Positions 47,699 to 56,717 of a stretch of DNA of 64,000 bases are shown piece after piece. Position numbers and translations under genes: made by a program. Numbering within the stretch: position 1 is the stretch's first letter; the number at the start of each line of letters is the position of its first letter. The stretch is from Syntrophales bacterium (GTDB lineage Bacteria > Desulfobacterota > Syntrophia > Syntrophales > UBA2185): the NCBI GenBank assembly GCA_052144335.1, contig JBKQQP010000026.1, positions 135,768 through 199,767 on the forward strand. Reading direction: 5' to 3'. The notes beneath the pieces are model-generated. The model did not search any database, had not been told where the DNA came from, and saw only the letters and a list, made by a program, of their open reading frames with translations.

Positions 47699-48703
47699 GT
47701 GTCTATGAAAACAGTCAGCTCCTTACTGGATGAAGCATGGCATGAGCGTTACAGAAAGATATCCAGTCTAAATATTCGCAGTTCCATCTATGATGTGACT
47801 AATCAGTGCAATTTGCGCTGCATGGGCTGTTTCTTTTTTTCTTCTAACGAACATCAAGCCGCCCATGAGGAAACGGATGTGGGAAAATGGTCGCTGTTTG
47901 TTCAAAAGGAAAAGGAGCGGGGTGTCAATCTCGCCATATTGATCGGCGGAGAACCGACTCTTTACCTTGACCGGGTCGAGGCCTTTTGCAATCTACTGCC
48001 AACCTATTGCGCGACAAATGGTCTGATAAAGATTCCCAGAGAACGTTTTCCCGATATGATGGTGGGCATCTCGCTATGGGGTAATGAGGAAGACGAAAAA
48101 TTACTCAGGGGGAAAGACACGTTTGCCGTATCCAGCAAAAACTATAAGGGAGATCCTAATACCTATTATCTCTATACGATTACGCCAAAGCAAGTTGGAC
48201 GGATAGAGCACGTAATCGGCAAGATTGCCGACGTTGGTCTGAAGGTCCATTTGCAGTTGCTGTCAAATGATGAAAATGTCGATGGCTTTTTCTGGACGGA
48301 AGGGAAGCTGAAAGACGTTCGGGCCGAGATGGACGATATGCTTGAACAATACCCGAGCACCGTTATTTCCTGCAAGTATTATCATGAGATCATCACCACG
48401 GGGAGGATGATGAACCGGACATTTGGATGGACAGAATGCCCATCTGTTACTGAACCGCTGGATAACAGAAATCCCAAGCCAAGAAGGCTCATCCGGTTTA
48501 TCCGATGGGCTTCCGATCTTCAAACTATGCACCGATGCTGCACTTCTGCCACAAGGGATTGTTCGACGTGCAAGGATGGCGCTGCGCATATGAGCTGGGT
48601 TATGGTCAATAAGAGAGAACATCTAAATTCAACGAAGGATCTCCAGAACTGGATTGAAGTGTATGAAATGTTCGCCAAACTTTACCGGTTCATACCATGG
48701 TAG
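47699..48703 (+). CDS. Radical SAM enzyme, paralog B
   Basis: VTNQCNLRCMGCFF. It aligns by eye with paralog A through the first roughly 150 aa (YD.TN.CN.RC.GC...W......K.RG.N...L.G.EP....ATNG..KIP). C-terminal CCTSATRDCSTCKDGAAH. GTG at 47699 or ATG at 47705. Confidence 0.8.
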   Translation: MSMKTVSSLLDEAWHERYRKISSLNIRSSIYDVTNQCNLRCMGCFFFSSNEHQAAHEETDVGKWSLFVQKEKERGVNLAILIGGEPTLYLDRVEAFCNLLPTYCATNGLIKIPRERFPDMMVGISLWGNEEDEKLLRGKDTFAVSSKNYKGDPNTYYLYTITPKQVGRIEHVIGKIADVGLKVHLQLLSNDENVDGFFWTEGKLKDVRAEMDDMLEQYPSTVISCKYYHEIITTGRMMNRTFGWTECPSVTEPLDNRNPKPRRLIRFIRWASDLQTMHRCCTSATRDCSTCKDGAAHMSWVMVNKREHLNSTKDLQNWIEVYEMFAKLYRFIPW

Positions 48704-49995
48704 CGTCACGTACTCCCCCTCTACCCGAAACCAAGCAGACAAGGATGGAAAGAATTCGACCTGTTATACTGGGTTATGACGCAGTATCACCTCTAGGTAT
48801 CGATATGAAAGCCCAGTGGGATCGTGCGTTGAGCGGCGCAAGCGGTATTGGTGCGTTGACGCGCTTCCCGATCCGCCACGGGTTCCCCGTGAGAATCGCC
48901 GGTCAGGTTGAGGATATCGACACTAACGCCTATCCTTTCTTAAAATCCCGCGATATGGCACTGTGGACATCACCCGTTTTCAGCCATGCGATGCTGGTAG
49001 TCCACCGAGCGCTCGCAAAAAGCAGTATCGAAATAAAGGATGACATCGCTCCCAGAGTAGCCATAACCTTCAGTACCGCCGTCGGCGGTCTCGATGCCGT
49101 GATCCGAGCGGACAGGATGTGGGTTTCCGGAGGTAAACTCCCCCATCCGTTTACCAATGCGAACTCCTGCATCAATATGGTAGGAGGAAAAATTTCCATC
49201 ATGACCGGGGCGACAGGACCAATAACCTCGACCATTACCGCATGTGCTACGGGTTCTACCTCCATGATCATCGGGGCTATGTTAATAGAACAAGGTATGG
49301 CAGATGTTGTCATCTGCGGCGCCGTTGATTTCCCTCTTGTTGAGACTATAGTGGGCGGTTTTTTCACGATGAACGGTGCATACAGGCCGAAAGACGGGCA
49401 ACCAGAAGAACCTCCGGAGAAGGCAAGCCGTCCCTTCTCCATCAACAGAAGAGGCTTCGTCGTGTCCGAGGGTGCCGGCTGTATTATCCTCGCAAGTAAG
49501 GATTACGCGAAGGCCCACGGGTTAATACCCCAAATTGAAATGGCGGGATGGGGTATGACATCAGACGCCCATCATTTTGTTGCCCCGAACCTGGAGACGG
49601 TAAGGAGGTGCATCGCGGGGAGCATTGCTCATTCCGGCTTAAAGCCGGCAGATATTGATGCAGTCAATGCCCACGGGACATCGACGAAGATCGGAGATAA
49701 GGTAGAAGGGGATGCATTGAGGGACATTTTCGGCGAGGACATGCCGCCGGTATCGGCAAACAAGTCCCAGACAGGTCATGCAATGGGGGCGTCCTCCGCC
49801 ATTGAGATAATCCTTGCAATGGAAGGGATGATTCATGATACGGTCCTCCCTACGATTAATTATATACCTGATCCTGATTTAGCTATCGATTGCGTACCGG
49901 AAGGGGCAAGACGAGTGGCTCAGGAGCATGTGTTAAAAAATGCATTTGGATTCGGTGGCTCTAATTCATGCATTGTCCTTCGCAGAATTGGATGA
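48697..49995 (+). CDS. FabF/FabB-like beta-ketoacyl-ACP synthase (KS a)
   Basis: TITACATGSTSM, NAHGTSTKIGD, KSQTGHAMGASSA, NAFGFGGSNSCIV. An alternative start is at 48745 (MERIRPVILG). Confidence 0.85.
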   Translation: MVASRTPPLPETKQTRMERIRPVILGYDAVSPLGIDMKAQWDRALSGASGIGALTRFPIRHGFPVRIAGQVEDIDTNAYPFLKSRDMALWTSPVFSHAMLVVHRALAKSSIEIKDDIAPRVAITFSTAVGGLDAVIRADRMWVSGGKLPHPFTNANSCINMVGGKISIMTGATGPITSTITACATGSTSMIIGAMLIEQGMADVVICGAVDFPLVETIVGGFFTMNGAYRPKDGQPEEPPEKASRPFSINRRGFVVSEGAGCIILASKDYAKAHGLIPQIEMAGWGMTSDAHHFVAPNLETVRRCIAGSIAHSGLKPADIDAVNAHGTSTKIGDKVEGDALRDIFGEDMPPVSANKSQTGHAMGASSAIEIILAMEGMIHDTVLPTINYIPDPDLAIDCVPEGARRVAQEHVLKNAFGFGGSNSCIVLRRIG

Positions 49996-50022
49996 GCACT
50001 GCAAACATCAGAATGTAAAAAT

Positions 50023-51288
50023 ATGAAAGCACCAAAGAACAGAAGAGTTTTTGTCATTGGTTATGGTGCTGCGACGCCGCTGGGAAAAACTTTTAAGAAG
50101 ACCTGGGAACGGGCGGTTAGGGGCGAGGCTGGTTTCCGCAAGGTTACCCGATGTCACGTGGAATCCATCAGCAATGTTGTGGGAGAGATACCGGATTGGG
50201 ATCCCACGACTTACGATTTTTCGAGTGAAAAGGAAGTTTACAACTGGAACGCAGCCTTTGTCATTCTTACCATGGCAGTCTGTAAAGAAGCCCTGGAAAA
50301 TTCGGGGCTAGAAATGAACAAAGAAACAGGGCCGAGAACAGCCTGCCTTATCGGCTCTGCCATAAACGGAATGGACTCATTCCGCGTCGCCATGGAAAAT
50401 TTGAGGGAAAAAGGACCGTTGAAAGTGAGTCCTTACCTCCTTCCCAATCTCTGTGCTAATATGCCGTCGGGCAAGGCTGGGATGCTTTTGGGCTTTACCG
50501 GTCCGATATTCTCTCCCCAGGGGGCATGTGCCACGGGGAATCATGCCATTGCCATCGGGTCAAGGATGATAAGGGACGGGGACTGTGACTTTGTTCTCGC
50601 CGGCGGCGTAGAGATGCCTATTATACCGGAGATTATCCATGGCTTTGCCAATATGAATGCCACAGTAAAGATGCATCGCAGTGATCGAGCTTATGACGAT
50701 GCAGGACAGGCGTCGCGGCCTTTCAGCATCGATCGAAGAGGTTTTGTAGTTTCTGAAGGGGGAGGCGTTGTTGTTCTGGCTGCGGATGAGACCCTCTCGA
50801 GTTACGGACTCAAGGCAAAGGCTGAGGTCATGGGTATAGGTTGGACGTCAGATGCCTATCATTTTACGAGGCCGAACAAGTCTACTGCCATACGGGCGAT
50901 CTCGGAAACCATTGAAGATGCGGGACTCATGCCGAATGATGTGGGGTATATAAATGCCCACGGAACATCAACGACAACCGGAGACAGCATGGAAGTAGAA
51001 TGTCTGCAGACCGTTTTCGGAGACAGATTGAAACATATTCCCATATCATCCAACAAATCCCAGATAGGCCATTCCCTGGGTGCCACCGCCGCCATAGAAA
51101 ATGCGCTCACCATCGAAGGAATGCAAAGGGGCGTGCTCCTCCCTACAATAAATTATGTCCCGGATCCGCAGTTTGGCGGCTTGGACTTTGTTCCGAACAA
51201 GGCACGGAGGCAGCGGCATGAGATTGCCCTGTCAAATGCCTTCGGTTTTGGAGGTACAAACTGCTGCGTTATATTCAGAGGAGTGTAG
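50023..51288 (+). CDS. FabF/FabB-like beta-ketoacyl-ACP synthase (KS b)
   Basis: PQGACATGNHAI, NAHGTSTTTGD, KSQIGHSLGATAA, NAFGFGGTNCCVI. Confidence 0.85.
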   Translation: MKAPKNRRVFVIGYGAATPLGKTFKKTWERAVRGEAGFRKVTRCHVESISNVVGEIPDWDPTTYDFSSEKEVYNWNAAFVILTMAVCKEALENSGLEMNKETGPRTACLIGSAINGMDSFRVAMENLREKGPLKVSPYLLPNLCANMPSGKAGMLLGFTGPIFSPQGACATGNHAIAIGSRMIRDGDCDFVLAGGVEMPIIPEIIHGFANMNATVKMHRSDRAYDDAGQASRPFSIDRRGFVVSEGGGVVVLAADETLSSYGLKAKAEVMGIGWTSDAYHFTRPNKSTAIRAISETIEDAGLMPNDVGYINAHGTSTTTGDSMEVECLQTVFGDRLKHIPISSNKSQIGHSLGATAAIENALTIEGMQRGVLLPTINYVPDPQFGGLDFVPNKARRQRHEIALSNAFGFGGTNCCVIFRGV

Positions 51289-51289
51289 G

Positions 51290-51769
51290 ATGAAACCGAA
51301 ACCATTCAGACCGGAAGCAGCCGGGCTTGATGACTGCTATGTCCGTGATCAAGAAACTTGCCTTGTCTGGCACCGCTGCGAGATGCGGACGCTTTACGCC
51401 GATACGGACCGTTCGTCGGTGGTATATCACGCAAACTATCTCCGTTACTTTGAGTTCGGCCGCACCTCGCTGATGCGGCATGCGGCATATCCTTACCGGG
51501 AAATAGAAGAGAGCGGCTACTTATACCCCATTATAGAACTGGGTATATGTTTCCATGAACCGCTCTTTTATGACGATCTCATGTTGGTGTATACCCGTCC
51601 GGTGGAGCTTGCACGGGTGAAGCTTCGTTTTGATTACGTGATCACCCATCCTGAAACCGGGGGAATCATCTGCAAAGGATTTACCAGGCATTGTGCGCTT
51701 AATTCATCGGGGAAGCCTGTAGCCGTTGATCCGAAGACGGTTCATCTGTGGGAAACATTCCCGCAGTGA
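51290..51769 (+). CDS. Hotdog-fold thioesterase (YbgC-like), second copy
   Basis: LYADTDRSSVVYHANYLRYFEFGRTSLM. Start at 51290 is 1 nt after the KS b TAG stop. Confidence 0.8.
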   Translation: MKPKPFRPEAAGLDDCYVRDQETCLVWHRCEMRTLYADTDRSSVVYHANYLRYFEFGRTSLMRHAAYPYREIEESGYLYPIIELGICFHEPLFYDDLMLVYTRPVELARVKLRFDYVITHPETGGIICKGFTRHCALNSSGKPVAVDPKTVHLWETFPQ

Positions 51770-51818
51770 CCGGTCAGGAAACAGCAGAAAAGACTTTTAG
51801 GAATATTCAAGAACACAT

Positions 51819-52097
51819 ATGATACGCGATGAAATCATAACGCAAGTACTCATCTTCTTCCGAGAGGAATTTGAGATTGAAAATCCGGGACTGGATGATA
51901 ACCTGAGAGAAAAGCACGCGTTTGACAGTATAGATGCCATCGAGTTGCTCCTCAAGATCGAAAAAATACTCGGTTACGAATTGACCCAGGAGGAAAAGAA
52001 ACAGGCCATGGATATCCGGACTATCAATCAGATCTGTGATTATATAGAGTCGCTGGCCAGGACAAGACCGTTACTACCAAGTGGTGAGGCTAGCTGA
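51819..52097 (+). CDS. Acyl carrier protein (ACP 4)
   Basis: EKHAFDSIDAIELLLKIEKILG. Confidence 0.8.
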   Translation: MIRDEIITQVLIFFREEFEIENPGLDDNLREKHAFDSIDAIELLLKIEKILGYELTQEEKKQAMDIRTINQICDYIESLARTRPLLPSGEAS

Positions 52098-52114
52098 ACA
52101 TAAACGGGAGCCTT

Positions 52115-53350
52115 ATGGAAAGAAGGGTCGTCATTACAGCGTGTTCATCAATCACCCCCATTGGCCGCACCAAAGAGGAGATTCTTCACAATCTCGTTCA
52201 CGGAATTTCCGGGGTAAAGGCATTGCGGGAGGACGGCCTTCTCTCTCAGTACATCCACTCCAAGGTGTTTGGAACCGTTGACTACCCCATCGTCTATGAT
52301 TTCAAGCGTCAACACCGGAAAACCATGGGTCCTGTTGCCTATTACGCCTGCCAGGTGGCAAAGGAAGTGCTTGAAAACGCCGGACTGGATCAGGCCTTTG
52401 TCACATCCGGTAGATTGGGGGTTGCCTTTGGTTCGACCCACGGAAGCCCTACTGTTCAGCGGGATATCTACAGGACTTTTTTCGGCGCATCACGAACCGA
52501 ATTTTCCACCATAGGCGCCGTCGATTATCTGAAATCCATGGTCCACACCACGGCCGTTAATATTACCAAAATGTTCGGTATTACAGGCCGCGTCATTTCA
52601 TCATCCACGGCGTGCACGACGAGCAGCCAATCCATAGGTTACGGTTATGAAGCGATCAAGTACGGGATGCAGGACGCCATGCTCTGCGGCGGTGCTGACG
52701 AATACGATACGACCACCGTCGCCGTGTTCGATAATCTGCTCGCCTGTTCGACGGCTTTCAATGATACACCCCATCTTACACCCCGTCCCTTTGATGTGAA
52801 GAGGGACGGACTGGTCGTGGGAGAGGGAGCAGGGGCCGTCATGCTGGAGGAATATGGGTATGCACGGAAAAGGGGCGCCCCGATACTCGCCGAGGTCATA
52901 GGATTCGCCTGCAACAACAACGGCGGAGACCTGATCCTGCCGAATCTGAGCGGCATCAGAGAAACCATCCGGATAGGCCTGAAGGATGCAAAAATCAATG
53001 CAGATGAGGTGGATCTCATCAGTGCCCACGCTACGGGAACCAAAATGGGCGATGTGATTGAATCGCAGGCTATTTACGACGTCTACGGGAATCTGCCCCG
53101 CGTTGTCGGGTTGAAAGGTTATATGGGGCACACAATGGGTTCGTGCGGCGCTATTGAAACCGTCATTGCGGTATATCTGATGGAGGAAGGATTTATAGCA
53201 CCGACTCTGAACCTGAATGAGATCGATGAAAGGTGCGCCATGATCAATCACATCGTGAAGCTCCGGGAATATCCTGTCCGGATCGCAACCATCCAGAATT
53301 TTGCATTCGGCGGTGTGAACACCAGTCTAGTTATAAAAAAAATGCCTTGA
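52115..53350 (+). CDS. FabF/FabB-like beta-ketoacyl-ACP synthase (KS c)
   Basis: SSSTACTTSSQSIG, SAHATGTKMGD, KGYMGHTMGSCGA, NFAFGGVNTSLVI. RBS GGGAG. Confidence 0.85.
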   Translation: MERRVVITACSSITPIGRTKEEILHNLVHGISGVKALREDGLLSQYIHSKVFGTVDYPIVYDFKRQHRKTMGPVAYYACQVAKEVLENAGLDQAFVTSGRLGVAFGSTHGSPTVQRDIYRTFFGASRTEFSTIGAVDYLKSMVHTTAVNITKMFGITGRVISSSTACTTSSQSIGYGYEAIKYGMQDAMLCGGADEYDTTTVAVFDNLLACSTAFNDTPHLTPRPFDVKRDGLVVGEGAGAVMLEEYGYARKRGAPILAEVIGFACNNNGGDLILPNLSGIRETIRIGLKDAKINADEVDLISAHATGTKMGDVIESQAIYDVYGNLPRVVGLKGYMGHTMGSCGAIETVIAVYLMEEGFIAPTLNLNEIDERCAMINHIVKLREYPVRIATIQNFAFGGVNTSLVIKKMP

Positions 53351-53426
53351 GAGCTTTATCTTAATAAATTCATCTCGGCAAAAACCCCTTTCGGGTCTCG
53401 CCATGACAATTGATAAAATGTGAGCC

Positions 53427-54191
53427 ATGTTTTCTGCATTGTTAAAACCGGTTAAGGATTTCACCGTTACAGTCACCCTCTGGACATACTACATTATTGG
53501 ATACCTCGTGTTCTTTTCTCCATTCTATCTTTCTGCCTTCTTTTTTTCGGCCAGACGTGAAGAGGCCTTTCAAAAATTTAATTACCAGCTCCACCGTCTC
53601 TTTTTCTCTCTTTTGCGAACCATCGTTCCCAGAGTGAAATGGCACATATCGGAAGAGGTCTCTAGTATTCGCTCCTCTATTATCATTGCCAACCATCTTT
53701 CTTTCCTTGACCCCATTCTCTTCGTGTCTCTGTTTGAAAAACAAAAGACCATCGTCAAAAGCGACTACTTCAGACTTCCCGTTTTTGGCTGGATTTTGAA
53801 AACATCCGGCTATATTCCTTCCACGACGGAAGGCCTGTTTACGGAAAACATGATTGACCAGATAAAAAACATGAAAGATTATCTGTCATCAGGGGGGAAT
53901 CTGTTTATATTTCCCGAGGGGACGAGAAGCCGCAACGGCCGGATAGGCCAATTTGATAAAGGCGCATTCAAGATTGCGAGGCTTTGTCATGCGCCGATTC
54001 AGGTGGTATTAATCAAGAATACCCATAAACTCTTTTCTCCTGGTAAGTTTTTATTTGATACCTGTACCGAAAATGTAATCGCGATAGAACTGGCCGGAAA
54101 CCTTAAACCGGATTATGAAAGCGATGACTTTTCCATATCCGCTCTTATGGCGGAGGTGCGGAGGCTCATGGAAAGAAAAACGGATTTATGA
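53427..54191 (+). CDS. PlsC-type 1-acyl-sn-glycerol-3-phosphate acyltransferase family protein
   Basis: N-terminal TM, HX4D motif ANHLSFLDP and the FPEGTRS block. Confidence 0.8.
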   Translation: MFSALLKPVKDFTVTVTLWTYYIIGYLVFFSPFYLSAFFFSARREEAFQKFNYQLHRLFFSLLRTIVPRVKWHISEEVSSIRSSIIIANHLSFLDPILFVSLFEKQKTIVKSDYFRLPVFGWILKTSGYIPSTTEGLFTENMIDQIKNMKDYLSSGGNLFIFPEGTRSRNGRIGQFDKGAFKIARLCHAPIQVVLIKNTHKLFSPGKFLFDTCTENVIAIELAGNLKPDYESDDFSISALMAEVRRLMERKTDL

Positions 54192-55019
54192 AAATTGTCC
54201 TTATATCAATGCCGGATGTTATCCCTATTGTTATCCATGAAATGGCGCTCTATATGCCCAATCACGGCATCGCCTGTATCGGTGGAAATATCGATGAGGG
54301 GCATGAGGTCTATCTCATTGACCTGGTGCGAAAACGCGGCGGCATCTCAACCTATCTGACGAAAAGCTTGAAAAAAATCAATCCAGACCTAATTGGCCTT
54401 TCTGCCATGACGTGGCAGTATCCAACCAGTGTGGCGGTGATGGGTCTCATTAAAAGCATTCTTCCCCATGTTAAGATCGCTATCGGTGGCCATCATGCCA
54501 CATTGATGAGCAGAGAAATGGCTGCATCTCCCGAATCGAATGGGATGGACTTCATCATTACGGGGGAAGGGGAAGAGGTGTTCCTCGGGTTGGTAAATGC
54601 CCTGGGGGTGGAGACAAACTGAGAGACATACCATCTGCCAGATGTTGACGCCTTATCCAAAAACCAAGCTCAGAGAATATTTGATCAGTGAAAACCTGGT
54701 CACAAATCACGATCGCTATGAAAGGTATAGCGGCTTCTGGGCAAATGTGAAAACCCGGCATCTGGAATCTGATCAGTTACAGTATGCCTTCTGGCGTTAC
54801 CAGCAAACCGCATTGAGGTGGTGGAAACCATAGGTCTTTCCATGTAAACAAGGCAAGGTATGGACGCCCTTCTGGATGTATATGGTGAAGCCTGTCATGA
54901 AATTTTTCATAGAAAGGCAGCCCCGCAAGATCGGCTGGGAAGAAAAGTATCGAAGATATGTCCGTCGATTGGAAATGATGAATCGCTCCTACGATCTGGA
55001 GAGGTTCAGAGGAGATTAA
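54188..55019 (+). pseudogene. Remnant of a B12-binding radical SAM gene (core deleted, frameshift, in-frame TAG)
   Basis: Piece 1 (54188-54622) is an intact-looking B12-binding domain (KIVLISMP...DLIGLSAMT...IAIGGHHAT...FIITGEGE) ending in TGA. The sequence continues in another frame with the C-terminal-type segment QMLTPYPKTKLREYLISENLV. A TAG at 54831-54833 interrupts the same frame before a further tail ending at 55019. No CxxxCxxC motif is present anywhere. Confidence 0.55.
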
Positions 55020-55022
55020 ACC

Positions 55023-55283
55023 ATGGAAGACCATTTCCTGGTAAGGCAACATATCCGTCTACCCCTTATAATCCCCGTTGATCCTTATCTCAAAGATCGT
55101 CATTTTGAAGGAAGAGTCATTCTTCCCGCTGCTAAGATTCTTCACCGCTGGCCGGTTCCGTACAGGCTTACTGCTCTGATGCCCATGTTAGTTGTATTCG
55201 TTCAGCTTCATTCGATAAGTTTTTGCAGATCGAAGAGCATTCCCAAGTCCCCCTTTGAAAAGGGTGAGGGGATTTCAGTTTAA
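55023..55283 (+). pseudogene. Probable N-terminal fragment of a PKS-type dehydratase gene
   Basis: PVDPYLKDRHFEGRVILPAAKIL fits the PKS DH HxxxGxxxxP motif context. After about 45 aa the sequence becomes non-protein-like and runs into a CCCCCTTTGAAAAGGG hairpin-like repeat. Confidence 0.35.
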
Positions 55284-55348
55284 AGCTCACAGGAAATACT
55301 TTTCGTCCCTACCACTATTTCATATCGACCACAGGGAGAAATTTTACA

Positions 55349-55918
55349 ATGATAGTGGCGCTTCTGCTCACATTAGCCTATTTCGCAGGTTCAGTTAATT
55401 TTTCCATCCTGCTCTTCAGGATATTGGGAAAGGATGATCCAAGATATCACTTTAGCAGGAATGCCGGAGTTACGAATGTCTATCGACAGGCCGGTATATT
55501 CTGGGCCGGCGTCGTACTTTCACTTGACTTAGGCAGGGCGCTGGCAATCGGCACCGCCGCTCTCTATTTACTTGATAAACCACTCGTGCCGTGGGTCGGA
55601 TTAGCCCTGGTTGTTGGCAACACCTATCCCTGCTTTCATGGGTTCCAAGGAGGGAAAGGTGTGGCGAGTTATATCGGCTTTACCGCGGCTATGTCTCCCG
55701 TCTCTTCCATACTCTCTTGCATTATTTGGGTAATTGTGTTCCGCATTTGCCGGATTCCCTTCATAGCTTCCTTTTTCATGATCATCGCAATTGCCACAGG
55801 AATCATTTACACATACAGTCATGAGGTTATTGCTGTTTCCGGTGTTTTGGCAACATCCCTGTTGATATTCTATAATCATAAAAGGAATATCATATCCATG
55901 ATTGAGAAAAGTAAGTGA
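55349..55918 (+). CDS. plsY: Acyl-phosphate:glycerol-3-phosphate acyltransferase
   Basis: 189-aa polytopic protein. YFAGSVNFSILL, SRNAGVTNVYR (the GSGNxGATN-type motif, slightly divergent) and HGFQGGKGVA. RBS GGGAGA. Confidence 0.8.
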   Translation: MIVALLLTLAYFAGSVNFSILLFRILGKDDPRYHFSRNAGVTNVYRQAGIFWAGVVLSLDLGRALAIGTAALYLLDKPLVPWVGLALVVGNTYPCFHGFQGGKGVASYIGFTAAMSPVSSILSCIIWVIVFRICRIPFIASFFMIIAIATGIIYTYSHEVIAVSGVLATSLLIFYNHKRNIISMIEKSK

Positions 55919-56072
55919 GAAAAGAAAGACATTCAGGCGCAGGATACGGGAAAGCTTATAGTACCACCCCGAACGCATTCAAGGATATTATATCCACAAT
56001 TCTTAACAAACATGAAATGAAGTCTTCTATCACAACCTAGGAGATATGCCTTCCCCTTTTTAAAGTGGCTGT

Positions 56073-56155
56073 ATGATAATGACGATCATCTTTATCGAGA
56101 CCACGAATACTCCTGGGACACTTATATCCAGATTTAATCCTGAAATGAGAACAGG
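56073..56155. repeat. Dispersed repeat, copy A
   Basis: The core 56104-56145 (CGAATACTCCTGGGACACTTATATCCAGATTTAATCCTGAAA) matches 57331-57372 at 37 of 42 positions. Weaker similarity extends about 30 nt upstream. Confidence 0.7.
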
Positions 56156-56717
56156 ATGATGTTGAAAGGTGCGCCCGGATTATGCCTGAAAATGTCCACT
56201 GCATCTGGTAACACCAGCAAAATATTTCAACGCACGCCTTTATTGACCATTAAGAAACTCGTACAGTCATACTTTTTGAAATCGACAGCGGTACCTTCCA
56301 TATTTTGTGAGAAAATTGACTTGACGTGGAAGAAAAAATTCTGTTATAATTATAAAGTAAAAAGGGAGTTCTTATCAATTAACTGATTTGAAAACTGACG
56401 CTCTCTCGTACCCTGTGGTCGGAAAGTTGCGTAGAATCATTTTATGATGAGCGCTACACAGCATGAATTGGGCGAGGTTTCTATCCAAGGCTTCAAGTTC
56501 TGACTAACCTCATAGCATAAACTATATCATCTGGAGTGCCATATGAGAACGTATTACCGGAACGTGCCAATACGATGCCTCCAAGCGGGTATTGACGCCC
56601 CTTGGAGGGTCTTGATTTCTTGCCGATGTTGAAACATTACATGTCGCTCAACAGGTCTTTACAGTTCATATACGTGATTAGCAAAAAAGGACATTCTTAT
56701 CAAATTGGAGGTGTTGT

